Origin: Candidatus Woesebacteria bacterium
GTDB lineage: Bacteria; Patescibacteriota; Microgenomatia; UBA8517
NCBI GenBank assembly: GCA_016181165.1
Contig: JACOZU010000003.1
Location: 1 to 36,698 of the forward strand
Direction of reading: 5' to 3'
DNA: 36,698 nt
Positions within the stretch are counted from its first letter, which is position 1, and the number at the start of each line of letters is the position of its first letter. Under the pieces are notes generated by a model. That model did no database searches. It saw nothing but the letters and a program-made list of their open reading frames with translations, and was not told where the DNA came from. Shown here piece after piece: positions 9,823 to 19,010 of the stretch. The position numbers and the translations under genes were made by a program.

Positions 9823-10443
9823 ATGCTGTCTATAAAAAGGTTACCTCTAGGCACAATGGCGGCCAATTGTTACCTTGTCTATGATGCTAAAGGTAGCGCC
9901 ATTATTATCGATCCGGGAGATGAAGCCGAGTTTATAAGCAGGATTATTCTTGAAAAAGGTTTAAGACCCCAAAAAATTATTGCCACCCACGGACACTTTG
10001 ACCATATTTTAGCGGCACCCGAGCTTAAACTCGCCTTTGGAATACCTTTTTATGCCAGCAAGAAAGATTCGTCTTTGATATCAAAAATGCCCGAGAGGGC
10101 CAAAAGATTTTTAGGCGAAACACCCTTGCCCTTAAAAATAGACTCAAACATTAAAGAAGGTGATAGAATTAGAGTGGGAAAGTATGTATTTGAGGTTTTA
10201 GAGACTCCGGGACATACCCCGGGTAGTATTTGTCTTTTCGAAAAGAAAGAGAGGGCACTTTTTGTGGGTGATTTAGTGTTTCGAGATGGAAGCGTTGGTA
10301 GGTACGATTTTCCCTACTCTGATAAAGCCAGGTTATACAAATCCGTTAAGAAAATTCTTGGTTTTCCCGATAAAACTATTCTCTATCCCGGACACGGCGA
10401 AGAAGTACTCATAAAAGAGCTCAAGGAAGTTAGACATAAGTAA
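9823..10443 (+). CDS. MBL-fold metallo-hydrolase (glyoxalase II-like)
   Basis: 206 aa. The THGHFDH (HxHxDH) motif, followed by TPGHTPGS and PGHG, is the typical metal-ligand pattern. Confidence 0.85.
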   Translation: MLSIKRLPLGTMAANCYLVYDAKGSAIIIDPGDEAEFISRIILEKGLRPQKIIATHGHFDHILAAPELKLAFGIPFYASKKDSSLISKMPERAKRFLGETPLPLKIDSNIKEGDRIRVGKYVFEVLETPGHTPGSICLFEKKERALFVGDLVFRDGSVGRYDFPYSDKARLYKSVKKILGFPDKTILYPGHGEEVLIKELKEVRHK

Positions 10444-10499
10444 CTATTTTAAATTTTTGAGAAACATGATAGTTTAAATGATAGTAGGGGGTGAGGACT

Positions 10500-10961
10500 A
10501 TGCATAAGTTAAAAGATCTCAAGAAGAGTTCTCTTTGGAAAAAGCTCCCCTTAATTTTATTGGTTGTCTTGGGAGTGTGGTATTTAGTATCCGGGAGAAA
10601 ACCTTTGCCAGTTGGACAAAATAAGGTTAAGGAGGAAGTTGCCCAACTCTCCTCGGTAGAGAATTATGTCGGTATGGCCAATGCAACGAGGAGCTTTAAC
10701 GGCAAAACTTTCTACTTGAGCGTTACCGCATTTCTCCCCGACCCGGCCAAAGGAAGCTCTTACTATCTCTGGCTTAAAGATGGAGTCAGCGGAACCTCGC
10801 TTTCAGTAGGAAAACTTGAAGCAAAGGGGGACGTCTATGCTCTAAATTATTCTGTCAATAAAAATCTCAATTCGTACGAGACGGTTATTGTTACAGAAGC
10901 GACCGATAGCGAAGTAAAAGAAGCGAAAATGGGAAAAGAGTTATTAAGCGGTAGCTTCTAA
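10500..10961 (+). CDS. Membrane-anchored protein with an RskA-like (anti-sigma-K C-terminal) extracytoplasmic domain
   Basis: Strong SD GGGGGTGAGG lies 4 nt before ATG 10500; the ORF-track start at 10491 is a GTG inside that SD. One N-terminal TM. The pattern [23 protein letters not shown]...SVGKL...VIVTEA resembles the RskA C-terminal domain. Confidence 0.4.
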   Translation: MHKLKDLKKSSLWKKLPLILLVVLGVWYLVSGRKPLPVGQNKVKEEVAQLSSVENYVGMANATRSFNGKTFYLSVTAFLPDPAKGSSYYLWLKDGVSGTSLSVGKLEAKGDVYALNYSVNKNLNSYETVIVTEATDSEVKEAKMGKELLSGSF

Positions 10962-10962
10962 A

Positions 10963-11574
10963 ATGTTTAGCCTACCCGATCTTCCCTACTCCTACAGCGC
11001 TCTTGAGCCTCATATCGACGAGGAGACAATGAGGATTCACCACGATAAACACCACGCAGCCTACGTTGAGAATCTAAATAAAGCCCTAGAAGGACAGGAG
11101 GAACTGCTTTCAATGCAGATAGAAGAATTAATTAAAAACCTGGATAAAGTTCCGGAAAATGTGAGAACCAAAGTCAAAAATAACGGCGGCGGACACTTAA
11201 ATCATTCCTTCTTTTGGCAAATCATGACGCCGGATTCTCCAAAAGAACCGAAAGGAAGCTTAATGGAAGAAATAAGAAGAAGTTTTGGAAACTTAGAGAC
11301 ATTTAAAGAGAAGTTTGCGGAGGCGGCCCTCGGTAGGTTCGGCAGCGGTTGGGCCTGGCTCATTTGGGAAAACGCTGAACTAAAAATTGTCGATAGCCCT
11401 AACCAGGATTCTCCTTTGATGGAAAACAAATTTCCGATTTTGGGACTTGATGTTTGGGAACACGCATACTATCTTAAGTATCAGAATAGGCGCGCCGATT
11501 ATATTAAAGCTTGGTGGAATGTAGTTAATTGGAAAAAAGTCGAGGCGATGCTCGCGTCAGCTAAATCCTCCTAG
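10963..11574 (+). CDS. sodA: Superoxide dismutase, Mn-type of the Fe/Mn family
   Basis: [47 protein letters not shown], and [30 protein letters not shown]. The GGGHxNHS and Q-in-NQDSP patterns match Mn-SODs such as E. coli SodA. Confidence 0.9.
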   Translation: MFSLPDLPYSYSALEPHIDEETMRIHHDKHHAAYVENLNKALEGQEELLSMQIEELIKNLDKVPENVRTKVKNNGGGHLNHSFFWQIMTPDSPKEPKGSLMEEIRRSFGNLETFKEKFAEAALGRFGSGWAWLIWENAELKIVDSPNQDSPLMENKFPILGLDVWEHAYYLKYQNRRADYIKAWWNVVNWKKVEAMLASAKSS

Positions 11575-11584
11575 GAAGGCACTC

Positions 11585-12196
11585 TTGACCAAATTTAAAA
11601 TTCCCGAAAATCTCCTAAAGAATAAAACGTTCAAAGTCGCAGCCCTAATTATCCTAATAGGAATCGTTCTCACTCTAACCAAATCACTCTTTGTTGCGGC
11701 TATTGTTAACGGCACTCCAATAAGCAGGTTTACGGTTGTCAAGGAACTCGAGAGGCAGGGAGGAGCCGATGCCCTCAACACCTTTATCGAAAGAGCCCTT
11801 ATTTTCCAGGAGGCAAAAAAACAGGGAGTATCGGTTTCCAAAGAAGCAATCGATAGCCAAATTGCCGACATAGAAAAATTACTCAAAGGCCAAGGGGTCA
11901 CTCTCGATGAGGCATTAAAGTCGCGGGGACAAACAAGGAGCGAACTTATTGAGCAGATTAGGATTCAAAAAACCGTAGAGGCAATTTTGGCTCAAAAAAT
12001 TAATATTACGGAAGAAGACTTAGCCAACTATTTTGAAGAGAATAAGGAACTTTTAGAAGAAGGAGCTACTCTGGAAGGCGTTAAGGAAGACATTAGACAA
12101 CAACTTTTCCAGCAAAAATTAAACGAAGAATATTCAAAATGGATAGCAGAGCTTAAGGCTAAGGCCAAAATTTATTACCTAGTCAAATATAGCTAA
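11585..12196 (+). CDS. SurA N-terminal-domain / PrsA-like chaperone lacking an obvious PPIase domain
   Basis: TTG start with SD AGGAAGG 5 nt upstream. One N-terminal TM anchor, then AAIVNGTPISRFTVVKELERQ... and a helical Glu/Lys-rich body typical of SurA_N-type proteins. Confidence 0.5.
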   Translation: MTKFKIPENLLKNKTFKVAALIILIGIVLTLTKSLFVAAIVNGTPISRFTVVKELERQGGADALNTFIERALIFQEAKKQGVSVSKEAIDSQIADIEKLLKGQGVTLDEALKSRGQTRSELIEQIRIQKTVEAILAQKINITEEDLANYFEENKELLEEGATLEGVKEDIRQQLFQQKLNEEYSKWIAELKAKAKIYYLVKYS

Positions 12197-12262
12197 AACT
12201 TAAAGCAAAACTGCGGACTAGACCCGTCTCTTTAATTATGCTTCAATAAAATAAGACAGGGG

Positions 12263-12484
12263 GTGAGACTTTTGAACAAAGAACTTATCTTAGGCCCGAT
12301 CGCTAATTTTCCGACGGCTCTTATTGTCGTATTTATTATCTGGTCGCTTTTTTGGAAAGGTCTTTCGATGTGGAGGGCGGCCAGGAATAACCAAAGCTTC
12401 TGGTATGTGGCCCTTCTTATCGTGAGCACGGGAGGCATCTTGGAAATTATTTATCTGGCTTTCTTTCAAAAGAGGAGGAAATAG
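12263..12484 (+). CDS. Small two-TM membrane protein (DUF5652-like)
   Basis: IWSLFWKGLSMWRAARNNQSFWYVALLIVSTGGILEIIYLAFF matches my memory of the DUF5652 pattern that is common in CPR genomes. The real start may be TTG 12272, 4 nt after SD GGGGGTGAG. Confidence 0.6.
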   Translation: MRLLNKELILGPIANFPTALIVVFIIWSLFWKGLSMWRAARNNQSFWYVALLIVSTGGILEIIYLAFFQKRRK

Positions 12485-12509
12485 CTCTTAGGAGCGTATA
12501 ATATAATCG

Positions 12510-13016
12510 ATGTTGATTTTAGGGATTGACCCGGGAACGGCCGTCACCGGCTACGGGGTAATAAAAACGACCCCAGGTCTTTTTGAGGTTTTGGAATTCG
12601 GCCTGATTGAGACCGACAAAGAAGGTTCACCGGGAAAAAGATTGGAAAACATTTACTTGGCGATGAGCCGCCTTCTTAAAAAGTTCTCGCCCGACCTCGT
12701 TGCCATCGAGAAACTTTTTTTTGCCACCAACGCTAAAACCGCCATGCGAGTTGGGCAAGCCCAGGGTGTAATGATTTTTGCCGCGGCTAAGTATAAAATA
12801 GAAGTGGCTGAATATGCACCGGGAACCATTAAGAAGATAGTTGCAGGAGACGGGAGGGCCGACAAGAAAATGATCCAAAAATCGGTCAGAAAGGTTCTCG
12901 GGGCTAAAGTCAGAAGTGGAGCTAGAAAAAAGACCCACTTTGACAATGCGGCCGATGCCTTGGCAGTGGCGCTCTGCCATGCATATAGGATAAAAGGAGG
13001 TGATAATAATGGCTGA
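12510..13016 (+). CDS. ruvC: Holliday junction resolvase RuvC
   Basis: MLILGIDPGTAVTGYGVI (first catalytic Asp), AIEKLFF (Glu) and the C-terminal HFDNAADALAVALCH (Asp/His) are canonical RuvC motifs. Confidence 0.9.
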   Translation: MLILGIDPGTAVTGYGVIKTTPGLFEVLEFGLIETDKEGSPGKRLENIYLAMSRLLKKFSPDLVAIEKLFFATNAKTAMRVGQAQGVMIFAAAKYKIEVAEYAPGTIKKIVAGDGRADKKMIQKSVRKVLGAKVRSGARKKTHFDNAADALAVALCHAYRIKGGDNNG

Positions 13017-13263
13017 TTTAAAGATAGGGAAAGTCACTCACTACTATGACAAAATCGGAGTAGCCATCGTCGAGCTAGACGGTACCCTAACCGTGGGAGA
13101 AAAAGTAAAATTTTCCCGAGGCGGAGAGGATTTATTTGAACAGGCGGTTGATTCAATCCAGATTGAACACGAAAAGAAGGATTCCGCCGGCAAGGGCGAC
13201 GTGGTAGGATTAAAAGTCGAGAGCGAGGTCAAAGAAGGTGCGGAAGTTTACAAAATCGAGTAA
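13009..13263 (+). CDS. Small beta-barrel protein (translation elongation factor domain-2-like)
   Basis: Strong SD AAGGAGGTGA lies 5 nt before ATG 13009. The 84-aa product MADLKIGKVTHYYDKIGVAIVELDGTLTVGEKVKF...GDVVGLKV...GAEVYK resembles the EF-Tu domain-2-like proteins annotated as translation elongation factor-like. Confidence 0.5.
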   Translation: MADLKIGKVTHYYDKIGVAIVELDGTLTVGEKVKFSRGGEDLFEQAVDSIQIEHEKKDSAGKGDVVGLKVESEVKEGAEVYKIE

Positions 13264-13651
13264 AAGAGGAATTGATTGGAAGTTGGCTCCCGATGTCAAA
13301 AAAAGACTTTTGCATCTTATTTCAACCTGCGAAATAACTTGGGTAAAATCTTCAAAAATCCACTGCTTCAGATCAGTTAATGCCAATACTCGAGCCTATG
13401 CCAGAATCTGGGGCTTAAACAGAGTTTGGCAAAAGGCGCTTAGAGAAACTCCCGCTTATGTCGTTGAAGTAATTGCGGAGAAATATGATAGACTCCCGGA
13501 CATCGAAAAGGATAAGGTCCTTCTTCATGAGCTGACCCACATTCCCAAAAATTTCTCAGGGGCTCTGCTGCCACACGTGAGACGAGGTAAGCGTTCTTTC
13601 CACGACAAAGTGCACGTTTTAATCGCCCAATATCTTGCCAAGGTATCATGA
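13238..13651 (+). CDS. Putative small zinc metallopeptidase (HExxH; SprT/Wss1-like or COG4900-like)
   Basis: LLHELTHIP contains HExxH, preceded by a WG... segment as in minimal SprT/DUF45-type metallopeptidases. The true start is probably downstream of 13263 (for example TTG 13283), because the ORF-track GTG start overlaps the previous gene. Confidence 0.5.
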   Translation: MRKFTKSSKRGIDWKLAPDVKKRLLHLISTCEITWVKSSKIHCFRSVNANTRAYARIWGLNRVWQKALRETPAYVVEVIAEKYDRLPDIEKDKVLLHELTHIPKNFSGALLPHVRRGKRSFHDKVHVLIAQYLAKVS

Positions 13652-14316
13652 AGATAATCATTTTGCACGGAGACCACATCAGTGCTTCCTATGCCCGACT
13701 CTCTAAATTTATAGAAGTAGCGAAGGCCCGGGGTTGGCCCGTCGGCACCCTTGAAATGGGCGAAAATATTGAAGAGAAGCTGACGAATGCCTCTTTGTTT
13801 AGGGGAGAGAATTTCTATGTCATCAAAAGCTTTGTCAAGCTGGGGAAAAACTTCTTTAATAAGAATGCCAAAAGACTAAAAGAGGCTCCCGGGAATTTGG
13901 TCATCTACCAAGAAGACTTTATTGCCAAGGATTTGCTTTCGTTCGTTCCCAAGGATGCAAAAATTGAAGAGTTTAAGCTCCCGAGACTAATTTTTGATTT
14001 TCTCGACTCCTTTTATCCGGGGAACGTCAAAAGGACGCTCACTCTTCTTCATCAAGTTTTAAAAAATGAACCCCCGGAATTTGTTTTTGCCCTTTTAGGC
14101 CGGCACGTCAGGGATCTTTACTGGGCGAAAACGGGCAGCCCCCTGCCGCTCCCTCCCTGGCGAGCCCAAAAGCTGAAAAATCAGGCCGGGAAATTTAGTC
14201 AAGGTGCCCTTGAAGAGATTATCAGCCGTCTTGCGGAAACCGATATCAAAGTAAAAACTTCCCAGGCGCAGCTGACTTCTTCCCTTGACCTTATGACCGT
14301 TACCCTTCTAAAATAA
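13648..14316 (+). CDS. holA: Short DNA polymerase III delta subunit (HolA-like clamp-loader subunit)
   Basis: 222 aa. The N-terminal IILHGDH..., then a helical middle and C-terminus (LLHQVLKNEPPEFVFALLGRHVRDLYWAK; LEEIISRLAETDIKVKTS), resemble HolA domains. ATGA overlap with the upstream gene. The call rests on pattern similarity only. Confidence 0.5.
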   Translation: MKIIILHGDHISASYARLSKFIEVAKARGWPVGTLEMGENIEEKLTNASLFRGENFYVIKSFVKLGKNFFNKNAKRLKEAPGNLVIYQEDFIAKDLLSFVPKDAKIEEFKLPRLIFDFLDSFYPGNVKRTLTLLHQVLKNEPPEFVFALLGRHVRDLYWAKTGSPLPLPPWRAQKLKNQAGKFSQGALEEIISRLAETDIKVKTSQAQLTSSLDLMTVTLLK

Positions 14317-14319
14317 AGT

Positions 14320-15672
14320 GTGAGCGTTGACCCTTCAATCTTTAAGGCCTACGACGTTAGGGGTATCTACCCGACCACTTTGAATGAAGAAATAGCCTAT
14401 AAAATCGGCCAGGGATATGCGGATTTTGTTAAGCCGAAAGGTGAAATTGCTGTCGGCCACGACGTTCGCCTCCACTCGGAAAAGCTTAAGAACGAAGTTG
14501 TCCGGGGGCTGACCGATGCGGGAGTCAACGTCGTCGATGTTGGCCTGATTTCGACCGATATGTATTACTTTGCGGTCGGACATTACCAACTCGGCGGCGG
14601 CATCCAATCCACCGCTTCCCACAATCCTCCGGAGTGGCACGGCTTTAAAATGGTCAAAGAGTCGGTGAAACCGCTGACTTTTGAGCAGGGAATTACCCAG
14701 ATACGGGATTTCGCCGCTTCAGGCAAAAGTATCAAGGCCCCCAGCAAAGGTAATCTTCGGAAGACGAATATCGAAGAAGATTATGCGAGCTTTGTTCTGG
14801 GTTGGCTTGCCCCCGACAAAATAAAGCCGATGAAGGTTGTCATTAACGCCAACTTTGGTTATGCCGGCCTCATCTTCAAGAAAATTGTTCAAAAAGGAAA
14901 GCTGCCTTTAGAAATTGTCGAGCTTAATACCATTCCCGACGGCACTTTCCCCAAAGGAAGACCGGACCCCTTTGTGCCGGAAAACCGAACGGAATTTACC
15001 GAGTTGGTAGGCTCAACGGAAAGTGACTTGGGAATTGCTTGGGATGCGGATGCCGACCGAGTTTTCTTTGCCGCCGACGGCGGGCTCTTCGTCGAGCCTT
15101 ACTACTTAAACACCATTCTGATAAGGAAAATGCTTGCCAAATACCCAGGCGAAAAAGTAATCTACGACCCGCGCTACAGCTGGGCCTTAATCGACGAAAT
15201 AGAAAAAAATGGAGGAAAACCGGTAATTTCCCGGGTTGGACATTCATTCATCAAAGAAGCGATGAGAAGCGAAAACGCCCTATTTGCGACGGAATCAAGC
15301 GGCCACACCTACTACCGAGACTTTTGGTATGCGGATAGCGGCATGATTCCCGTGATGCAAATCCTCGAATTTCTTTCCGAAGGCAACGTCAAGTTATCCG
15401 AGACGGTTAGGCCCGTCATGCAGAAATACTTTATTTCTGGAGAAATCAATTCGGCAGTGGCCGACAAAGAAGCGAAGATGGCAGAGATAGGCCAAAAATA
15501 CAAGGATGGCAAACAATCGACACTTGACGGCATTGCCGTCGAATACGAACAATATCGGTTTGTGGTCAGGCCGTCAAACACCGAGCCGCTTTTGAGGTTA
15601 ACCGTGGAGGGAAAAACCAGAAAAATCATGGAAGAGAAAAAAGAAGAAATACTCAAACTGATCAGGTCTTAA
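14320..15672 (+). CDS. Phosphomannomutase/phosphoglucomutase (alpha-D-phosphohexomutase)
   Basis: GTG start. FKAYDVRG, active-site serine loop TASHNPPEWHGFK, metal loop WDADADR, sugar loop ESSGH, and the phosphate-binding VRPSNTEP. Confidence 0.9.
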   Translation: MSVDPSIFKAYDVRGIYPTTLNEEIAYKIGQGYADFVKPKGEIAVGHDVRLHSEKLKNEVVRGLTDAGVNVVDVGLISTDMYYFAVGHYQLGGGIQSTASHNPPEWHGFKMVKESVKPLTFEQGITQIRDFAASGKSIKAPSKGNLRKTNIEEDYASFVLGWLAPDKIKPMKVVINANFGYAGLIFKKIVQKGKLPLEIVELNTIPDGTFPKGRPDPFVPENRTEFTELVGSTESDLGIAWDADADRVFFAADGGLFVEPYYLNTILIRKMLAKYPGEKVIYDPRYSWALIDEIEKNGGKPVISRVGHSFIKEAMRSENALFATESSGHTYYRDFWYADSGMIPVMQILEFLSEGNVKLSETVRPVMQKYFISGEINSAVADKEAKMAEIGQKYKDGKQSTLDGIAVEYEQYRFVVRPSNTEPLLRLTVEGKTRKIMEEKKEEILKLIRS

Positions 15673-15674
15673 AA

Positions 15675-16745
15675 ATGCACAGTTTAGATTCCCTTGACGA
15701 AATCAATAAGCTTGATAACGGTAACGTTCTTACCTCTATCGAGAAGCTGGGGGCCCAAATAAGACAAGCCTGGGAGGAGGTTAGGCAGCGAGAAGTCCCC
15801 GCCGCCTGTCCCTTAGCTAAGAATGTCATTGTTTCGGGTATGGGCGGCTCAGCCTTGGGGGGGCGGATTGTCGACTCTCTTCTCGCCGACAGGGCCAGGG
15901 TTCCTATCGAGGTTGTCACTGAATATAACCTTCCCAATTATGTTAACAAGGATACCTTAGTTATTCTTTCATCATACTCCGGCAATACCGAAGAAACTCT
16001 GGCTTCGGCCAATGAGGCGCTTAACCGCGGGGCCGTGGTCTACGGAGTCACCACCGGCGGCAAACTGGCCGACTTTTTGAGCGAGAATGGATTTGAAGGT
16101 TATATCTATAACCCCAATGAAAATCCGTCAAATCAGCCAAGAATGGGCCTGGGCTATTCGATTGCTTCCGTCCTCGCGGTTCTTTCGAAATGCGAATTTA
16201 TTAATTTACTCGATAGTGAAATGGAAGAGGCCATCATCGAGGCGGAAGGCCTGATCACCGATTACGGAGCTAACGTTCCCGAGAATGAAAACATCGCCAA
16301 AGCCCTGGCCATAAAACTGAAAGGCAAAGTGCCGGTCATTATTGCCAGCGAGCATCTTGTCGGTAGCGCCCATACCTTTAAAAACCAGCTCAATGAAAAT
16401 GCCAAAACGTTTGGCCTCACCTTCGACATTCCTGAGTTAAATCACCACTTAATGGAGGGGTTAAGAAACCCCCATGAGATTAAAAACCTACTCCATTTTC
16501 TCTTTCTTGAGTCCCAGCATTATAGTAAAAGGGTCAGAATCAGGTATCCGATAACGAAAGAGGTTGTTGAAAAGAACGACATCGAAACGGAAGTTTACAG
16601 CACCCGCGGGTCAAAAAAAATCATCGAGATTTTTGAAATCCTGGTTCTCTCTTCATATATTTCTTTTTATCTGGCGATGCTCTACGGCCAGGACCCCTCA
16701 CCCATTCCCTGGGTTGACCACTTCAAGGAAAGGCTAGCCAGATGA
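15675..16745 (+). CDS. Bifunctional phosphoglucose/phosphomannose isomerase (SIS-domain, archaeal-type PGI/PMI)
   Basis: 356 aa. SIS motif VSGMGGSALGG, then ILSSYSGNTEETL, a second SIS-like half, and a position between PMM/PGM and the glycolytic genes. Confidence 0.7.
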   Translation: MHSLDSLDEINKLDNGNVLTSIEKLGAQIRQAWEEVRQREVPAACPLAKNVIVSGMGGSALGGRIVDSLLADRARVPIEVVTEYNLPNYVNKDTLVILSSYSGNTEETLASANEALNRGAVVYGVTTGGKLADFLSENGFEGYIYNPNENPSNQPRMGLGYSIASVLAVLSKCEFINLLDSEMEEAIIEAEGLITDYGANVPENENIAKALAIKLKGKVPVIIASEHLVGSAHTFKNQLNENAKTFGLTFDIPELNHHLMEGLRNPHEIKNLLHFLFLESQHYSKRVRIRYPITKEVVEKNDIETEVYSTRGSKKIIEIFEILVLSSYISFYLAMLYGQDPSPIPWVDHFKERLAR

Positions 16746-19009
16746 CTGCCCGGCCTTTTGTCACTTTCTTGACGAATATCGACAAAGAAGATATCGACGT
16801 CGTCGGCGGTAAGGGAGCCAATTTGGGCGAAATGGTCAAGGCCGGTTTCCCTGTACCTGCCGGTTTTGCCGTTACCGTTGCCGCCTACGAGCTTTTTTTA
16901 GAGCAAAACAACCTGGGTAGCCAAATCAAGAATATTTTAAAGGTGACCAATGTTGACAACCCGGAAGAGCTTGAGGCTTCTTCAAGAAAAATCCAAAAAA
17001 CGGTGGTTACGGGGAAAATTCCCGAAGCGGTAGGGAAAGAAGTCATTGCCGGCTATAAAAAACTCTCGGGACTCTTTACAGCGAAGCTAGTCGCCGTTCG
17101 TTCCTCGGCCACGGCCGAAGACTTGCCGTCCGCCTCATTTGCGGGCCAGCAGGCGACACTCCTTAATATCAAAGGGGAAGCCAACCTCGTCAATGCGGTT
17201 AGAGAATGTTGGGCTTCTCTTTTCACCCCCCGGGCAATTTTCTATCGAGAGGAAAACAAAATTCCCCACGAGAAGGTGAAGATTTCGGTTATCGTTCAGA
17301 AAATGGTTCAGTCTCAGGTCTCGGGTGTGATGTTCACCGTCGACCCGGTCAGCAATGAAAAAGACAAAATCGTCATCGAAGCCGTCTGGGGACTGGGTGA
17401 GATGATTGTTCAGGGTTCCGTTGTCCCCGACCGGTATGTCGTCCAAAAAGAGACCTTCGACATTCTCTCCAAAGAGATATCGGAGCAGCCGATTCAATTA
17501 ATTAAAGTGGGTAGTCAGACGAAGGAAGCAAAGGTCCCCGAAAAGGCGAGGCAACTTCAGAAAATTTCAAACGAGCAGATAATCAGCCTGGCCATTCTTG
17601 GCGACAAACTGCAAAAACACTATTTCTTCCCACAAGACATCGAGTGGGCGTTAGAAGGAAAAAATTTGTTTATCGTTCAAACAAGGCCAGTGACCACCAT
17701 GGGTAAAAAGACGGCCGAAGTAGTTAAAACCGAGTCTGGAGACGTAAAAGTTACTCAAGCCCCTATTCTTACCGGTTCACCCGCTTCTCCAGGAATCGGA
17801 ACAGGAACCGTTAAGGTCCTGAAAAGTGCAAAGGAGATATCCAAGGTTGAAAAGGGTGATATTTTAGTGGCCCCCATGACTTCACCGGACTTTGTTCCTG
17901 CTATGAGGAAAGCCCATGCAATTGTTACGGACGCGGGAGGAGCTACCTCTCACGCCGCGATTGTTTCGAGGGAACTCGGAATTCCCTGTGTGGTCGGGAC
18001 GAAAGAAGCTACGGAAAAACTCAAAGACGGAATGATAGTTACGGTTGACGGACAAAAAGGGCAAGTGTTCTTGGGAAGTAAGATAACACTCGAAAAGAAG
18101 GAGGAAAAAGAAGAAAAACCCGTAAAAGCTAAAACCGCAACCAAAGTTTACGTTAATCTGGCCGATCCCGAGAGGGCCAAAGAAATTTCGAAATTAAATG
18201 TTGACGGCGTGGGTCTACTTCGAGCCGAGTTTATGATTGCCAATATCGGCATTCACCCCAAGGAAGCGATAAAAAGAAAGGAGCAGGATAAATTTATTAA
18301 CAAATTAGCAGACGACTTAGAAATTTTCTGCAAAGCCTTCAAAGGAAAACCTGTGGTCTATAGGGCAACCGATTTTAAAACCAATGAATATAGGGATCTC
18401 CCCGGTGGAATTTATTGGGAACCGAAAGAACCCAATCCGATGCTCGGCTTTCGAGGCGCTTTTAGATATATTTCAAATCCCGACGTTTTTACCTTGGAAT
18501 TAACCGCCATCAAAAAAGTGAGGGAACAATACAAAAATCTCTGGCTAATGATTCCCTTTGTCCGCTCACCGGGGGAGCTGACGAAGGTCAGACGAATCGT
18601 GGCTGCGGAAGGGCTATTTGCAAGCCCCACCTTTAAGTTTTGGATGATGGTTGAGCTTCCCGTCAACGTGATACTAATGGAGGAATTTATTAAGGTCGGA
18701 ATAGACGGAGTTTCCGTCGGCTCAAACGACCTAACTATGCTTATCGAAGGCACGGATAGAGACAATGAAACAGTAGCCACCGCCTTCGATGAGCGCTCCC
18801 CGGCCGTTCTTTGGGCCCTAAAAAGAGTGGTCAAAACCTGTACTAAGGCCGGCATCACCTCTTCCATCTGCGGACAAGCACCCTCAACCTACGACGACTT
18901 GGTTTCTGAGCTGGTTAAAATGGGAATAACCAGCGTTTCCGTCAATCCCGATGCAGTTAACAGGGTTAGAAATGTTATATTGGATACTGAAAGGAAAGTA
19001 ATAAGTTAA
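16742..19009 (+). CDS. ppsA: Phosphoenolpyruvate synthase (pyruvate, water dikinase)
   Basis: 755 aa. N-terminal ATP-grasp region GGKGANLGEM...VAVRSSATAEDLPSASFAGQ, phosphohistidine swivel GGATSHAAIVSRELGIPCVVG, and a C-terminal PEP-utilizing TIM barrel (GSNDLTM). Confidence 0.9.
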   Translation: MTARPFVTFLTNIDKEDIDVVGGKGANLGEMVKAGFPVPAGFAVTVAAYELFLEQNNLGSQIKNILKVTNVDNPEELEASSRKIQKTVVTGKIPEAVGKEVIAGYKKLSGLFTAKLVAVRSSATAEDLPSASFAGQQATLLNIKGEANLVNAVRECWASLFTPRAIFYREENKIPHEKVKISVIVQKMVQSQVSGVMFTVDPVSNEKDKIVIEAVWGLGEMIVQGSVVPDRYVVQKETFDILSKEISEQPIQLIKVGSQTKEAKVPEKARQLQKISNEQIISLAILGDKLQKHYFFPQDIEWALEGKNLFIVQTRPVTTMGKKTAEVVKTESGDVKVTQAPILTGSPASPGIGTGTVKVLKSAKEISKVEKGDILVAPMTSPDFVPAMRKAHAIVTDAGGATSHAAIVSRELGIPCVVGTKEATEKLKDGMIVTVDGQKGQVFLGSKITLEKKEEKEEKPVKAKTATKVYVNLADPERAKEISKLNVDGVGLLRAEFMIANIGIHPKEAIKRKEQDKFINKLADDLEIFCKAFKGKPVVYRATDFKTNEYRDLPGGIYWEPKEPNPMLGFRGAFRYISNPDVFTLELTAIKKVREQYKNLWLMIPFVRSPGELTKVRRIVAAEGLFASPTFKFWMMVELPVNVILMEEFIKVGIDGVSVGSNDLTMLIEGTDRDNETVATAFDERSPAVLWALKRVVKTCTKAGITSSICGQAPSTYDDLVSELVKMGITSVSVNPDAVNRVRNVILDTERKVIS

Positions 19010-19010
19010 T

